Assembly: GCF_006345805.1 (NCBI RefSeq)
Contig: NC_043010.1
Span: forward strand, 23,374,001 to 23,438,000
DNA: 64,000 nucleotides
Direction: 5' to 3'
Origin: Octopus sinensis
Taxonomy: Eukaryota
Program-made: the position numbers and the translations under genes
Shown here: in pieces, positions 1 through 12,874 of the stretch
Layout: each line of letters starts with the position of its first letter
Numbering within the stretch: the stretch's first letter is position 1
Notes under the pieces: model-generated
The model's database searches: none
Seen by the model: the letters and a program-made list of their open reading frames with translations, nothing else
Told to the model about the DNA's origin: nothing

Positions 1-200
1 ATTGAGCAAGCAATATGCCCGGCCTTCTACCTTTGCTGTTTGACTTTTATTATCAGGAAATACTAGAAGGCTTTCTTCAGTATGGTTGTTTCTTAGCTTT
101 GAAGGAACGACCAAGTATTCAACATACAAGGACCAACTCTTCGCCTCCTTAAAGTGCAATCATGTATCCACACACACACACTAGCACACATGCACATATA

Positions 201-411
201 CAAAGGGGTGCTGAAAATTCTTTGCTTTAAGGGTATCGCGAAAGGCTTGGTTGGCGACCCAACCTTCCGAGTTCTCATTCAGGGTTTAGAAAAACTGAAG
301 GACCACTGCAATAAATGTGTGAATCTGTGAATATGTCGAAGAAACTCATAATTAAATGATCCTCTTGTATTTTAGTTTACCCCAAGCCAGGAATTTTTCA
401 GCACCCCTTCG
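201..411 (+). mobile_element. mariner-derived MITE / internal-deletion derivative
   Basis: TIRs CAAAGGGGTGCTGAAAATTC (201) and GAATTTTTCAGCACCCCTTCG (391-411), TA on both sides; interior reads QGLEKLKDHCNKCVNL, like the mariner C-terminus. Confidence 0.75.
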
Positions 412-416
412 TACGT

Positions 417-652
<236 letters not shown>

Positions 653-712
653 AAGATATGTTAAAAATACTTTGTCTTTCCATCATTTGGTGTGTGTTTA
701 TATATATATATA

Positions 713-1090
713 TGGCTGTGTGGTAAGTAGCTTGCTTACCAACTACATGGTTCGGGTTCAGTCCCACTGCGTGGCACTTTGGGCAAGTGTCTTCTACTAT
801 AGCCTCGGGCCGACCAAAGCCTTGTGAGTGGATTTGGTAGACGGAAACTGAAAAAGCCTGTCGTGTATATGTATATATTTATGTGTGTGTTTGTGTCTCT
901 GTGTTTGTCCTCCCAACATCGCTTGCCAACCGATGCTCGTGTGTTCATGTCCCCGTAACTTAGCGGGGACATGAACAGTAGAATAAGTACTAGGCTTACA
1001 AAGAATAAGTCCTGGGGTCAATTTGCTCGACTAAAGGCGGTGCTCCAGCATGGCCGCAGTCAAATGACTGAAACAAGTAAAAGAGCAAAA
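713..1090 (+). mobile_element. tRNA-derived SINE family A
   Basis: head TGGCTGTGTGGTAAGTAGCTTGC...GGTTCAGTCCC, core TTGGGCAAGTGTCTT, tail GGTGCTCCAGCATGGCCGCAGTCAAATGACTGAAACAAG; many homologous copies in the window. Confidence 0.9.
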
Positions 1091-1566
1091 AGAGAGAGTA
1101 AGAGTATATATATATATACATGTATGTATGTATGTATATGTCAATGGTGACTCCGGCAATCTGGTTGTTCGGGCTTAACCCGAGTATAAATTTAGTAATG
1201 TGAACGTGTATTTGCAGGCTGATTTAATTTCTGCCAACACTGGCTTCAAATATGTAATTTCAGCCAATAACTCGGGCTCTTTTTATTGAGCCTAGTCGCA
1301 GTTCAACTATTTTCCGTCAGCATCTGGCGGTCGACTTAGAGGTGCCCTGTCTCAAAAAATATCATTCGTAGCAGATGTTCTCATGACATCGTTCACACGC
1401 GTCTGAAGTTACAGCCCTAGTTCTTATCTATAATCGTAATAATTAAAAGTAATTGAAATTCGATGATTTCTTGAAATGATAAATTTCTATAGAGATTAGG
1501 ATTTAAATTTCAATCTACGAATAGTTTCCGTTCTACAATATTCGAAAAGGAACGAAAAATCCAGCA

Positions 1567-1820
1567 ACTCGGGTTGATACGAACAAGCCTGGTAGGTAAA
1601 AAGACTAACTGACATATCTTGTCTGGAGAAAGTCGGATCGGTGATGTTTGTTGTGCACTCTGCTTTCATTATTTGATTGCTGTTATACAGTAACTCGGGT
1701 TAATACGAACGAGCCTGGTAGGTGAAAAGGTCCAACTGATATCTCGTATCAAGAGTACACTCGCCAATCAGATCGCTGATGTTTGACGCTCACTCCGCTT
1801 TTATTATTTGATTGCTGTTT
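1567..1820. repeat. diverged ~125-bp direct tandem duplication, unclassified
   Basis: AACTCGGGTT(G/A)ATACGAAC..GCCTGGTAGGT...TTATTTGATTGCTGTT occurs twice. Confidence 0.8.
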
Positions 1821-2190
1821 TTCTGTGCATCTGTGTGTAAAGGTCAGTTGTATTTTGCATGGTTGTCTTATTTTATCCTTAACTTAGAAATGGAGAAAGA
1901 CATGGTGCTAGATATAAAAAAATAAGCCATTTGGGGTTAGAAATATTGCGGTAAAACGCGAGGCATTCTTTCGTTTGAAGCAGCAAACTTGCTTACTGTT
2001 AAATTATCCGTGCATATGTAAGTCTGTGGTGTGCCAAAGTTTAAAGCAGTTTGAATACGGGGATTAAGATTGCTTGGTATTGGATATTCATCGCGTATAG
2101 TGTTCCTAATCAATTTAATCACAGTGGCAGGTGGACAATCGAAATATATAGACAAAATCCTTTCACTTTTATAATATTCTCTAACCAAAA

Positions 2191-2778
2191 GGCGGCGGAC
2201 TGATAGAAACGTTAGCATGCCGGGCGAAATGCCTAGCCGTATTTCGTCTACCGTTACGTTCTGAGTTCAAATTCCGCCGAGGTCGACTTTCCCTTTCATC
2301 CTTTCGGGGTCGATAAATTAAGGACCAGTTACGCACTGGGGTCGATATAATCGACTTAATCCGTTTGTCTGTCCTTGTTTGTCCCCCTCTGTGTTTAGCC
2401 CCTTGCGGGTAGTAAAGAAATAGGTATTTCGTCTGTCTTTAAGTTTTGAGTTCAAATACCGCCTAGGTCGACTTTGCCTTTCCTCCTTTCGGGATCGATT
2501 AAATAAGTACCAGTTCCGCACTGGGGTCGATATAATCGACTTAATCCGTTTGCCTGTCCTTGTTTGTCCTCTCTGTTTAGCCCCTTGTGGGTAGTAAAGA
2601 AATAGGTATTTCGTCTGTCTTTATTATGTTCTGAGTTCAAATTCCACCGAGGTCGACTTTGTCTTTCATCATTTCGGTGTCGATAAATTAAGTACCAGGT
2701 GCGTACTGAGGTGGATCTAATCGACTGGTCCCCTCCCCCAAAATTTCAGGCCTTGTGCCTAGAGTAGAAAAGAATATT
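2191..2778 (+). mobile_element. SINE family B, headed copy followed by headless tandem units
   Basis: GTTCTGAGTTCAAATTCCGCCGAGGTCGACTTT.CCTTTCATCCTTTCGGGGTCGATAAATTAAGTACCAG occurs three times. Confidence 0.9.
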
Positions 2779-3411
2779 CTGTAACCAGTAATAATACACA
2801 ATTACAACATATGAATAAATAACAACAGGTGGGCTCTCGAAATAAATACACAAAATCCTTTCACTTTTATAATATTCTCTAACCAAATCAAAAAGCAGGT
2901 GAAAACCACGAAAAAAAGTCTCTGATGCCAATATGCGACCATATAGATTCCATAAAGTATGGAAGAGCCTACATACAAAAAGACTATGTACATACAACGA
3001 ATTAGAGGAAAGCCCATGTAAACCACCGTATTTCCCGATTTGTCTACGCGAGAACTCTAGGCAAAATGTTCTAGTGCATGGCCATCCTTGAGACATAAGT
3101 AATATGTGTGCAAAGTTTGGTGAATATCGGTTGAGAAACGTGGAAATGTATGCGTTAGTCAATATATACACACATACTGTGATTTATATATACTAGATGA
3201 GAGCTATTCCTTTTGAAAATATATATATTTATAGAGACACTCCTACACGCACACATGAATATATTTTTTTAATTTAGACATAACTCGTTATAAGATATAC
3301 GTATGTGCGTGTATATATACGTATGGATGGATGAATTTAAAAGCGCGTGTTATGTATATATAATTTGCGTGTTTGATTATACACACAGGCAATTTTCCTC
3401 TGAACTGCACT

Positions 3412-3467
<56 letters not shown>

Positions 3468-3739
3468 CTCTATCTATCTATCTATTAATCTATCTTTCTC
3501 TTTCACTCTCTTCCTGTCTCTTTTGTTATCTTCAAAACTATCTCTCTCTACACACTCGCACAACCTCACTTTCAACCCTGCTTCCAATTACGCCTGATAA
3601 GCATTCCACCCTCCATTCCACGCCGACCCATTAACCAAAGACAGGATATCATCGGTGGCACAAATACACCAATTAGGGACTCGATGTGATGACATCGTGC
3701 CACTATAATGCTTTTGTTTCAGACCTGTTGTTGTTGTTA

Positions 3740-4379
3740 GGGGTGTGTGTATGTGCATCTATGTGTGTTTGTGCGAGTGTGTGTGTGCTGGTGTGTATGC
3801 GTATGTGGGTTTGTGAGGTGTGCGTATGTGTGTATGTGTATTTGTGTGTGCATGTGTATGTGATTGTGTGTAAGTGTGTTTGTGTGCTTGTATGTGTATT
3901 TGTGTGTATGTATGTATATGTGAGTTTGTCTGTATGTGTGCTGCTGTGTGTAGACGTAAACTTGTTTGTGTGTGTGTGTATGTGTACTTGGTCTGTTTAT
4001 GTGTTTGTGCATATGTATGTGTGCTAATCTGTGTGTATGTCCGTTTATGTGTATATGTGTGTGTGTATGTTTGTGTCTGTACCTATCTGTGTGATTGGGC
4101 GTGTAATTGCTCGTGTGTGTATTTGTATATGTGAGTCTATCTGCGTATGTGTGTGTGTTTGTGTGTGCGTTTGTTTGTGTATGCGTGTGTTTGTGTATGT
4201 GTGTCTTTCTGTGTGTGAGTGCGTGTATATGTGCGAGTTTGTGTGTATCTGTGTACGTGAATGTGTTTGTGTATGTGTGTCCGTATGTATTTGCGTGTGT
4301 GTTTATGTGTGCATGTCGATCTGTGTGCTTGTATATGTGTGTGTCTATCTCTGTCTGTGTATGCGTGTGTGTGCGTGTG

Positions 4380-4412
<33 letters not shown>
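3740..4412. repeat. degenerate (TG)n compound microsatellite
   Basis: direct sequence. Confidence 0.95.
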
Positions 4413-4724
4413 CTCATTGTTGATTGAAGTTCGTCTCTCACCAATAAAAATCCTAGCTCCCAGCACTGAGAATATGCCAGAACTAAACACGACGATCATC
4501 CCAGATCGTGTGACCTGAAACAGTTTCCCAGCCAGCCACACCGGAACCTTCTGTCACAAGCCTATCAAACTACAACCACCAAAAGCAGGACATGTCTTTC
4601 ATTACCAAGCAGGCCCATCACGTACGAAACCCAATTTCACACTCTCATACTCCCATACTCTCCTACTTCTTCTTTCCTATTCGGCATTTTTTAAACTTTT
4701 GATCCTCCTCCTCTCATCCATGCT

Positions 4725-4760
4725 ACTACTACTACTACTACTTCAGCAATAACAACAGCA

Positions 4761-4824
<64 letters not shown>

Positions 4825-4939
4825 TTACCTCCGGTAACAGCACCATCAACACCATCACACAACCACACAACCCAAACCACCGCTGCTACTACAACTATCA
4901 CTATAACTACTACTACTGCTGCTGCTACTACTACTACTG

Positions 4940-4999
<60 letters not shown>

Positions 5000-5000
5000 G
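4725..5000. repeat. (ACT)n trinucleotide arrays
   Basis: direct sequence. Confidence 0.95.
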
Positions 5001-5126
5001 TGCTACGCTATTACGTTTATTTTTGTGTCGTTTTTATATATAATTTTGTTCATTTTCTAATTATTTCTGTGACTGACGCTGCCAATTTCAAAACGCCGTA
5101 TAGTTGTGGATGATGTCTCGTACCTC

Positions 5127-5127
5127 T

Positions 5128-5177
<50 letters not shown>

Positions 5178-5238
5178 CATCTATCTATCTATCTATGTGT
5201 CTGTATGTCTGTCTGTCTGTCTGTCTGTCTTCTGTCTG

Positions 5239-5273
<35 letters not shown>

Positions 5274-5440
5274 GCCTGTCTGTCTGTCTGTCTGTATGTC
5301 TGTATGTCTGTCTGTCTGTCCGTCCGTCCGTCCGTCTGTCTGTCTGTCTTCTGTCTATCTATCTATCTACCTATCTATCTGCGTATCTATGTGTCTATCC
5401 ATTTGTCTGTCTATCTATCTACTTACCTGTCTACCTATCT

Positions 5441-5510
<70 letters not shown>

Positions 5511-5534
5511 CATCTATCTATCTATCTATCTGCC

Positions 5535-5567
<33 letters not shown>

Positions 5568-5762
5568 TCTGTCTGTCTATCTATCTATCTATCTATCTAT
5601 CTGCTGTCTGTCTGTCTGTCTGTATGTCTGTATGTCTGTCTGTCTGTCCGTCCGTCCGTCCGTCTGTCTGTCTGTCTTCTGTCTATCTATCTATCTACCT
5701 ATCTATCTGCGTATCTATGTGTCTATCCATTTGTCTGTCTATCTATCTACTTACCTGTCTAC

Positions 5763-5847
<85 letters not shown>
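5127..5847. repeat. compound (ATCT)n/(GTCT)n microsatellite with an internally duplicated block
   Basis: interruption CTGCGTATCTATGTGTCTATCCATTTGTCTG occurs twice. Confidence 0.95.
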
Positions 5848-5848
<1 letters not shown>

Positions 5849-6925
5849 CGCGAGTGTCGCGTTGCTCTCAAGCAACTCTGCCGTCCTGGGTCGACCTTGA
5901 GTGACTTCAACACAACCAAAGCATTCTATAGGGGTTTAGTGGAGGGGAGGTACGACGACGAGCTCGGGGCGAACCTGGACGTCGACGAGGAGTACCTGAC
6001 CCGCCTGTTCAGGACGACTTTCGGGCCAGGGCCCATGGACAACTTCCAGAGATCCCTGGCCTGGCAGTGCTACCGAGAAGCGCTACCCGTTCGGGATAAG
6101 CTCTACAGACACGGCTCGAGAAACACGGGGCCGACCTGCCCGAGATGCGGTCAGAGCGACGAAACCGTTCTGCACGCACTCGTGCAGTGTCCAACAATTT
6201 CCGACCTGTGGGCTTATGTCGAACAACTGCTGTCACGTGTGGGACGAGTCGGTTTATCAGCTGAGTCTATCGTCAATATTGTCACGCCCCTTTCCTTCAA
6301 ACGGGAAGGAAGAGCTATTTTCATCATCCTTGTGGCTATGGCGAAAGAATGTATCTGGTGGACGCGTCTGAAAGGATTGGAGACAAACACTTTCCTCTCT
6401 GGTCAATCTCTCATCAACTTCTTCAAGTACCACTTGAAAAGGAAAGTGAGAGTAGAGAGGCAAGTTTTGTCTAGCGAATGTTTTAAAAAAAGATGGGTGA
6501 ATGTAGCAAGAATGGCACGTATGAATGACGAAGCCACCTTGAGCATGATCCTATGAACCCAGAAATTGAAAACAGAGAGTTGCTTATTCGCAAAAAAAAA
6601 AAAAAGAAATATAACTTGTGACTCCATTGACCGAGGTTACCGTGGTCTTTTCCGTAGGCTCTTCTTTCCACGGGTAAACCTCACCTGTCCTCCCCTTTAC
6701 ACTTCATATTGACATTTCTGTGATAACGATCCCTATTGATCAATTTTTTTTTTCCTCTCCCCCTTTTTTTAACCCCCCTTTTTTTTGTCCTCTTTCTCTC
6801 CTTTTACGATCCCTTTTGATCGAAACTCCCCCTTCCTTTTTTTTTTTTTTTAAACCTTCAAAAGAAAAGCTCTACCTTGTAATTTGTTCTATCTGTGTGC
6901 AGCCCTGTGTGGCTAATAAAGAAAC
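5848..6925 (+). mobile_element. 5'-truncated L1/Tx1-type LINE: ORF2 C-terminus (zf-RVT) plus 3' UTR
   Basis: uninterrupted frame 5848-6556 with WQCYREALPVRDKL...CPRCGQSDETVLHALVQCP (CxxC...HxxxxC); GC-rich; 3' UTR ends AATAAAGAAACAT then (ATCT)n. Confidence 0.85.
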
Positions 6926-6926
6926 A

Positions 6927-6980
<54 letters not shown>

Positions 6981-7016
6981 CCTTTGTGTTTATTTATTTC
7001 TCTTTCTCCATATATA

Positions 7017-8030
7017 CAGGGTGCGTAAGATATTTGAGAACAGATTTATGTTTATAAAAAAAACCATATATAACAGATAATAACTTTATTTATTAAGAAA
7101 TGATATTCGGATAAAGAAAAATATTCTTTTCTATAATGTTATTCAATAAAGCCACCTTCAGCTTCAACAACAGCTTCTATATGCGCGAATCAAGTGGTCC
7201 TGGTTCATTTTGGACATTACTCTGACTATGGCAGCTTTCATAGAATCTTTGGTGTTATGGGGGTGTTCATTGACCTCTCTCTCAACAACACTCCACATGT
7301 AATAGTCCAATGGATTGAGATCTGGCGAAATATGAGGTTAGGGGCTATGTGATAATGAAAATTTTCAACCATCCATTCCTGTGTTACGAGAGTCATGTGT
7401 GATAGTGCAGAGTCTTACTGAAACATATATGGCCTTCCATTGCATACACTGTCCATCCAGGACTTAACAATTATTTCTTGGACCTCAATGTAGGCGGCAG
7501 AGTTAACTATAAGGCCTTGTGGAAAGAAATATGGAGGCATCACATGTCCTTCATTGCTGACAACTCCTAAAACCATGACAGTTGCAGGAAATTTTTTATG
7601 CATAACACTTGGTACTTCAGAAGAGTCTGCACATAACCATATGTCATTTCTTCTGTTAAATTTTTGATCTTGATCGAAGATTTTCTCGTTTGATAAAAAC
7701 CAAATCAAATCTTCTGATGGATTTTTCATTCTGTTTAAGAGCCTTTTAGATCTGATGCAGTGGTTTTCTTTTGCTTTTTCTGACAAACTGACCTTTCCTC
7801 ATCATATAAGACATATCTGATGTCTTCGTGGACAACATTTCTGACTGTTCTTTCTGACACATGGGGATCTTTTGCAATTGACCTCATTGATTTTCTGGGA
7901 TTGTAATCAATGGTCTGGATAGATTCTTTTATTTGCCGGATAAATTCAGGTGCTCTGATGATTTCAGAGCATTTAGAATGTATTTTATGCTTGTGAAACG
8001 TTTCCATCTTCAGTCTCTAGCTCCTTACAT
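7017..8030 (-). mobile_element. maT (DD37D-type) Tc1/mariner transposase relic
   Basis: HTH NPRKSMRSIAKD..VSERTVRNVVHEDI; FLSNEK; VMVLGVVSNEG; FQ*DSA.SH; SPDLNPLDYYMW; terminal TA-CAGGGTG at 7015; stops and frameshifts. Confidence 0.85.
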
Positions 8031-8094
8031 ACTTTGTATACGAAAGATCTGGGAAATTTTAAGAGTCGAGATATTTCTTAATCGCTATGCCTAG

Positions 8095-8942
8095 CATTTA
8101 TAGCTCCCAAAATAACTGCAGAACTTAATGACAACCTCGAGAACTCAGTTTCCACAAAAACTGTTCGCTGGGAGCAGCACAAAGCAAGATTTCAAGGGAG
8201 GGCTGCAATCAGAAAACCACTACTTTCAGAAACAAACTATTCAAAGCGTATAGTGTGCAGTAAAATCTTACATAATTGGTCCCTAGAGCAATGCAAGAAT
8301 GTTATTTTCTCGGACGAGCAATCTTTTACTTTATTTCCGACCACCGGCCGAGTATACGTCTGGGGACAGCAAAAAGAAGCATTTGACCCAGACTGCCTTC
8401 TTCCAGCTGTTAAGCATAGAGGAGGATCAGTGATGATCTTGGGGGTTATATCTTGGAAATCCGCCGGCCCAATGGTTTCCCTTCATGGCAGAATTAATAG
8501 TCAAAACTATTTAAGCATTTTATCTGATCAAATTCATCCTCTTCTTGCGGAACTGTTTCCGGAGGGAAACGCAATCTTTCAGGATGATAAGGCACCAATT
8601 CACACAGCTAAAGTTCTTACTGAATGGCACGAGGGACATTCATGTGAATTTGAAAATCTTATATGGTCACCACAATCCCCAGATCTCAATGTTATTGAAC
8701 ATTTATGGTGCATTTTAGAATAACAAGTAAGGAGTCGATATCCTCCACCATCATCACTACAAGAACTGGAGATTGTTTTAGCTGAAGAATGGAGAAAAAT
8801 TCCTTTGGAAACAATTCAAACTTTGTACGAGTTGATATCTTGTAGAATCCAAGGTGTAATTACTACCAAAGACAACCCTACCGCATATTGAATAAATTTG
8901 TTTGAAATTTTAAGGTGTTTCCATTATTTTGTCCAACACCTG
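8095..8942 (+). mobile_element. 5'-truncated Tc1-family transposon with DD36E spacing
   Basis: VIFSDE, QDDKAPIH, SPDLNVIEHLW; 36 residues between D2 and E; right end ...TTTGTCCAACACCTG-TA. Confidence 0.88.
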
Positions 8943-9179
8943 TATATGTTATTATTCCTCTTTTCTCCTTCTTTGTACAGCCATACCTCGAATACTGCTG
9001 CCCCCTGCGGTTTCCTCATACAAAACAAAACATTTCGAAAATTGAATCACCCAGTGGCGCCTCGTAGATAAACTTAGTAGGGGTGCTGCTTCAGAAAATG
9101 TTTAGCCGTTGTTTTAATATTGTGTAAAAGGAAACAAATATATAAAAAGAGAATTTATAAATAAACTTGATCGAAATTT

Positions 9180-9735
9180 TTGGGGAGGGGGCCAGTCGAT
9201 AAGATTGACTCCAGTATGTAACAGGTACTTAATTTATTGACCTCAAAAGGATGAAAGGCAAAGTCGACCACGGTGGAATTTGAACTCAGAACGCAAAGGC
9301 AGACGAAATACCTATTTCTTTACTACCCACAAGGGGCTAAACACAGAGAGGACAAACAAGGACAAACAAACGGATTAAGTCGATTATATCGACCCCAGTG
9401 CGTAACTGGTACTTACTTAATCGACCCCTAAAGGATGAAAGGCAGAATTTGAACTCAGAACGTGACGGCAGACAAAATACGGCTACGCATTTCGCCCGGC
9501 GTGCTAAAGTTTCTGCCAGCTCTCCGCTTTGGACTGGGGGCAATATTCTTTCTTACTTTAGGCACAAGGCCCGAAATTTTGGGGGAGGGAGACCAGTCGA
9601 TTACATCGGCCCCAGTACGTAACTGGTACTTAATTTATCGATCTCGGCGAAATTTGGACTCAGAACACAAAGACAGACGAATAACCGGTAAACATTTCGC
9701 CCGGTGTGTTAACGTTTCTGCCAGCTCGCCACCTT
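9180..9735 (-). mobile_element. SINE family B cluster
   Basis: reverse complement of family B body, several units. Confidence 0.88.
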
Positions 9736-10359
9736 GGACTGGGGAATTATTAAAAATGAAATGTTTTTTCACGATCACAACGTATCACCCATTAATGGTG
9801 TTGCCCCAGCTTGGTTGCGAATCCAATGACTGAAGCTAGTAAAAGAATAATATTTTAATTTTCTTTTTTCATGGATTACTGGTGCACAGACACGTAATTC
9901 TTATGTATGTTTCAATTTTGGTAAAATGCGATTTCGCTTCCATATTTTATTTTAAAAATATCCCCATATTTAAATTACAAACATGCAAAAATTAAGAAAT
10001 GTAAATAATTAGAAACTTCAATCGCTATTACAACTCGTAAAATATGGAAATTGGATTTTCATCATTCTTTTATCAATATTATCGAGTATATACAAAATTC
10101 GTTATGCGTGTGTGCGTGCGTGAGTTGCATTTGTGTGTGTGTGTGTGTGTGTATGTGTGTTATATACGAAGAGCTGTTGTTAGTATTAACTGAGATGACG
10201 ACATCGACGAGCAATATAAATCACAACAGTTATCACTAGAATGAGAAATTCAACCTAAAAACTATCACATTTAAAGTACATATTTCCCTATTATTTTGAT
10301 ATTTCAATTATTAACTGTAGATATTAAAATTAAACTCAGATAGATTTATCATTCATATA

Positions 10360-10395
<36 letters not shown>

Positions 10396-10574
10396 TGTAT
10401 GTATGTATGTATGTATGTATGTATATGTGTATCAGTGTATTGATTGTCCTTGTATAACAAGCATTATTGCATGATGCTGTATTATGCATACTGTCGCAAA
10501 AAACGGACGTACATTTATGAACTCGTAACAGACATACACATATGCCCATACACATATCTATTCTTTTATTCTTT

Positions 10575-10819
10575 TATACTTTTACTTGTTTGAGTCATTT
10601 TTCACTGTATCCATACTGGAGCGCCGCGTTTCAGTCGAAGAAATCGCCCCACCCCCGAATTTATCATTTGTAAGCCTGATAATTAGACAATCGATTTCCT
10701 TCGCCGAACCGCTAAGTTACGGGTGCGTAAACATACCAACATTGGTTGTCAAGCGATGGTTGTGGGGAGACAAACGCAGACATAAACACACAAATATATA
10801 AATACATACATACATATAT

Positions 10820-10874
<55 letters not shown>

Positions 10875-11005
10875 AAACTGGCTTCTTTCACATTCCGTCT
10901 ACCAAATCCACTCACAAGGCTTTAGTCGGCCCGAGGATGTAGTATAAGACACTTGCCCAAGGTACCACGCAATGGAGCAGAACCCGTAACTATGTGGTTA
11001 GGAAG
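10575..11005 (-). mobile_element. SINE family A
   Basis: reverse complement of head, core and tail. Confidence 0.85.
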
Positions 11006-11261
11006 CAAGCTTCTTACCATACAGCCATGGCTGCAGGTGTATGTATGTATATTATACATACATGCGCATACATTGACACACATCGACACACATACCCAAA
11101 CGCATATGTATAAACACATAGGTGCAGACGTGGCTGTGTAGTAAGAAGCTTGCTTGGGCGAGCGTCTTCTACTACAGCCTCGTGCCAGCCAAAGCCTCGT
11201 GAGTAGATTTTATAGACAGAAACTGAAAGAAGCCCGTTTAATTGCAGATTTCTCAATAGTT

Positions 11262-11597
11262 CAGCATAGGTATTCTCTTACACTGATCTTCAGCTTTATG
11301 TTAACATCTGCTTGGCAGCTAATTTCCAAAACTTTGCACAGTTTCTCTTCTCTATCCAAAATCATTATATCAGGTCTGTTGTGCTTACATTTTATTGATG
11401 TCTTCACAGGGACATTCCACCATTATTCCTTTTCATTATGAGTGGCTACAGCTTCTACCATATTGTAGGCTCCTCAGGATTATCATTCTTTGTCCTCGGG
11501 ATTATCCTTCCGACGGATTTCATTATTGAGTGTCCTAGCTACAACATCATGTCTTATCGGGAGATAATAACGTGATGACATTTTCGGACAACTGCAT
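11262..11597 (-). mobile_element. R4-type RLE LINE fragment (restriction-like endonuclease region)
   Basis: SCPKMSSRYYLPIRHDVVA...WNVPVKTSIKCKHNRPDIMILDREEKLCKVLEISC; same family as 43095-43430. Confidence 0.8.
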
Positions 11598-11604
11598 ATG
11601 ATGT

Positions 11605-11775
11605 GGGTGATATGTATGTATGTATGCATGTATGTATGTATGTATGTATGTATGTATGTATGTATGTATGTATGTATGTATGTATGTATTTATGTATGTA
11701 TGTATTTATGTATGTATGTATGTATGTATGTATGTATGTATGTATGTATGTATGTATGTATGTACGTATGTATGT
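11605..11775. repeat. (TATG)n microsatellite
   Basis: direct sequence. Confidence 0.97.
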
Positions 11776-12345
11776 TTGTGTGCGTGCGCGCGCTTGTATT
11801 TCTCTGTGTGTGTTTGTATGTACATATGTAAGTGTGTATGAATGTAGTACATCGCTAGCTTCTAGACTACTAAAGTATTAAATTCGTTAATTATTGATGT
11901 GCTAATCTGTGAATTTAGATAACGTAGTAAATTTAAAACAATGCAGTAATCGACCTGGCCAATTTATGAATGATAATCCTATTTGCTTCCAAAGAGAATT
12001 GTGGAATTCGAGACGTCGATACCGACATGTATCATATCCGCGCTTCCCAGTTAAATGTGAAGGATTCGGCACAGTATCTGGTCAGAGATATCAAAAGCTG
12101 GCCTTCTGCTCAGCATTTCTCTCACTCACACACAGCACGTATGAACAATTGAAATGTTTCGAGAAACAGCTTTAGTATTTCCGAAGTAACGTTTCTTCTT
12201 AACAGCTGAACTTGTTATTCTAGGGTCTCTTTGGTTACCATTTTGCATCACTCTGGGCTAATTTTGTCGGTTTTTGACAAGAACTTCTAATATTATTCAC
12301 ATTATTTACATTTGATAGATATTTGTCCTCATCTTGTTTGTTGTT

Positions 12346-12391
12346 AACACAACGTTTCGGCTGATATACCCTCCAGCCTTCGTCAGGTATC
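12346..12391 (-). ncRNA. minimal type I hammerhead ribozyme motif
   Basis: GAUAC-CUGACGA-A-GGCUG(gaggguauau)CAGCC-GAAAC-GUU^GUGUU; stem I GAUAC/GUGUU; palindromic AACGUU stem III (dimer type). Confidence 0.75.
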
Positions 12392-12467
12392 TTGAGGAAA
12401 TTTCGAGCCTGGGTTCTCATTCCTAAGGTATTTTTCGATGTTATTATTATTATTATTATTATTATTC

Positions 12468-12535
12468 TATGTTTGACTTTTGCTTTATATTTGTACAAGT
12501 TGGCTCCAAGTCTCACCCAGAGACCTCAAGAGACT
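12468..12535 (-). mobile_element. short 3'-end-like insert in (TAA)n, possibly from an R4/Dong-type LINE
   Basis: GTCTCTGGGTGAGACTTGGAGCC...GTCAAACATAG followed by AATAAT; flanked by (TTA)n on both sides. Confidence 0.45.
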
Positions 12536-12546
12536 TATTATTATTA

Positions 12547-12604
<58 letters not shown>

Positions 12605-12606
<2 letters not shown>

Positions 12607-12674
12607 CATTTGGCGTAGGGGTTATGAGCGAGGGCCACTAACCCCAAGATTCTGAGCTCGATCCCAGGCAGTGA

Positions 12675-12677
<3 letters not shown>
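12605..12677 (+). promoter_or_regulatory. tRNA-like Pol III head (A and B boxes) of the SINE
   Basis: A-box-like TGGCGTAGGGG (12611) and B-box-like GAGCTCGATCCC (12654); no CCA end or full cloverleaf. Confidence 0.65.
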
Positions 12678-12739
<62 letters not shown>

Positions 12740-12828
12740 GTAATAATAATAATGATAATAATAATAATAATAATAACAACATCGAAAAATACCTTAGGAA
12801 TGAGAATCTAGGTTCGAAATTTCCCCAA

Positions 12829-12874
12829 GACACCTGATGAAGGCTGGAGGATATATCAGCCGAAACATTGTGTT
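12829..12874 (+). ncRNA. minimal type I hammerhead motif (AUU variant)
   Basis: GACAC-CUGAUGA-A-GGCUG...CAGCC-GAAAC-AUU-GUGUU; G16.2>A breaks stem III. Confidence 0.65.

Noticed and set aside
12605-12677. SINE heads (here and in families A-D) as functional tRNA genes
   Set aside because: No complete acceptor stem, and each continues into a repeat body.
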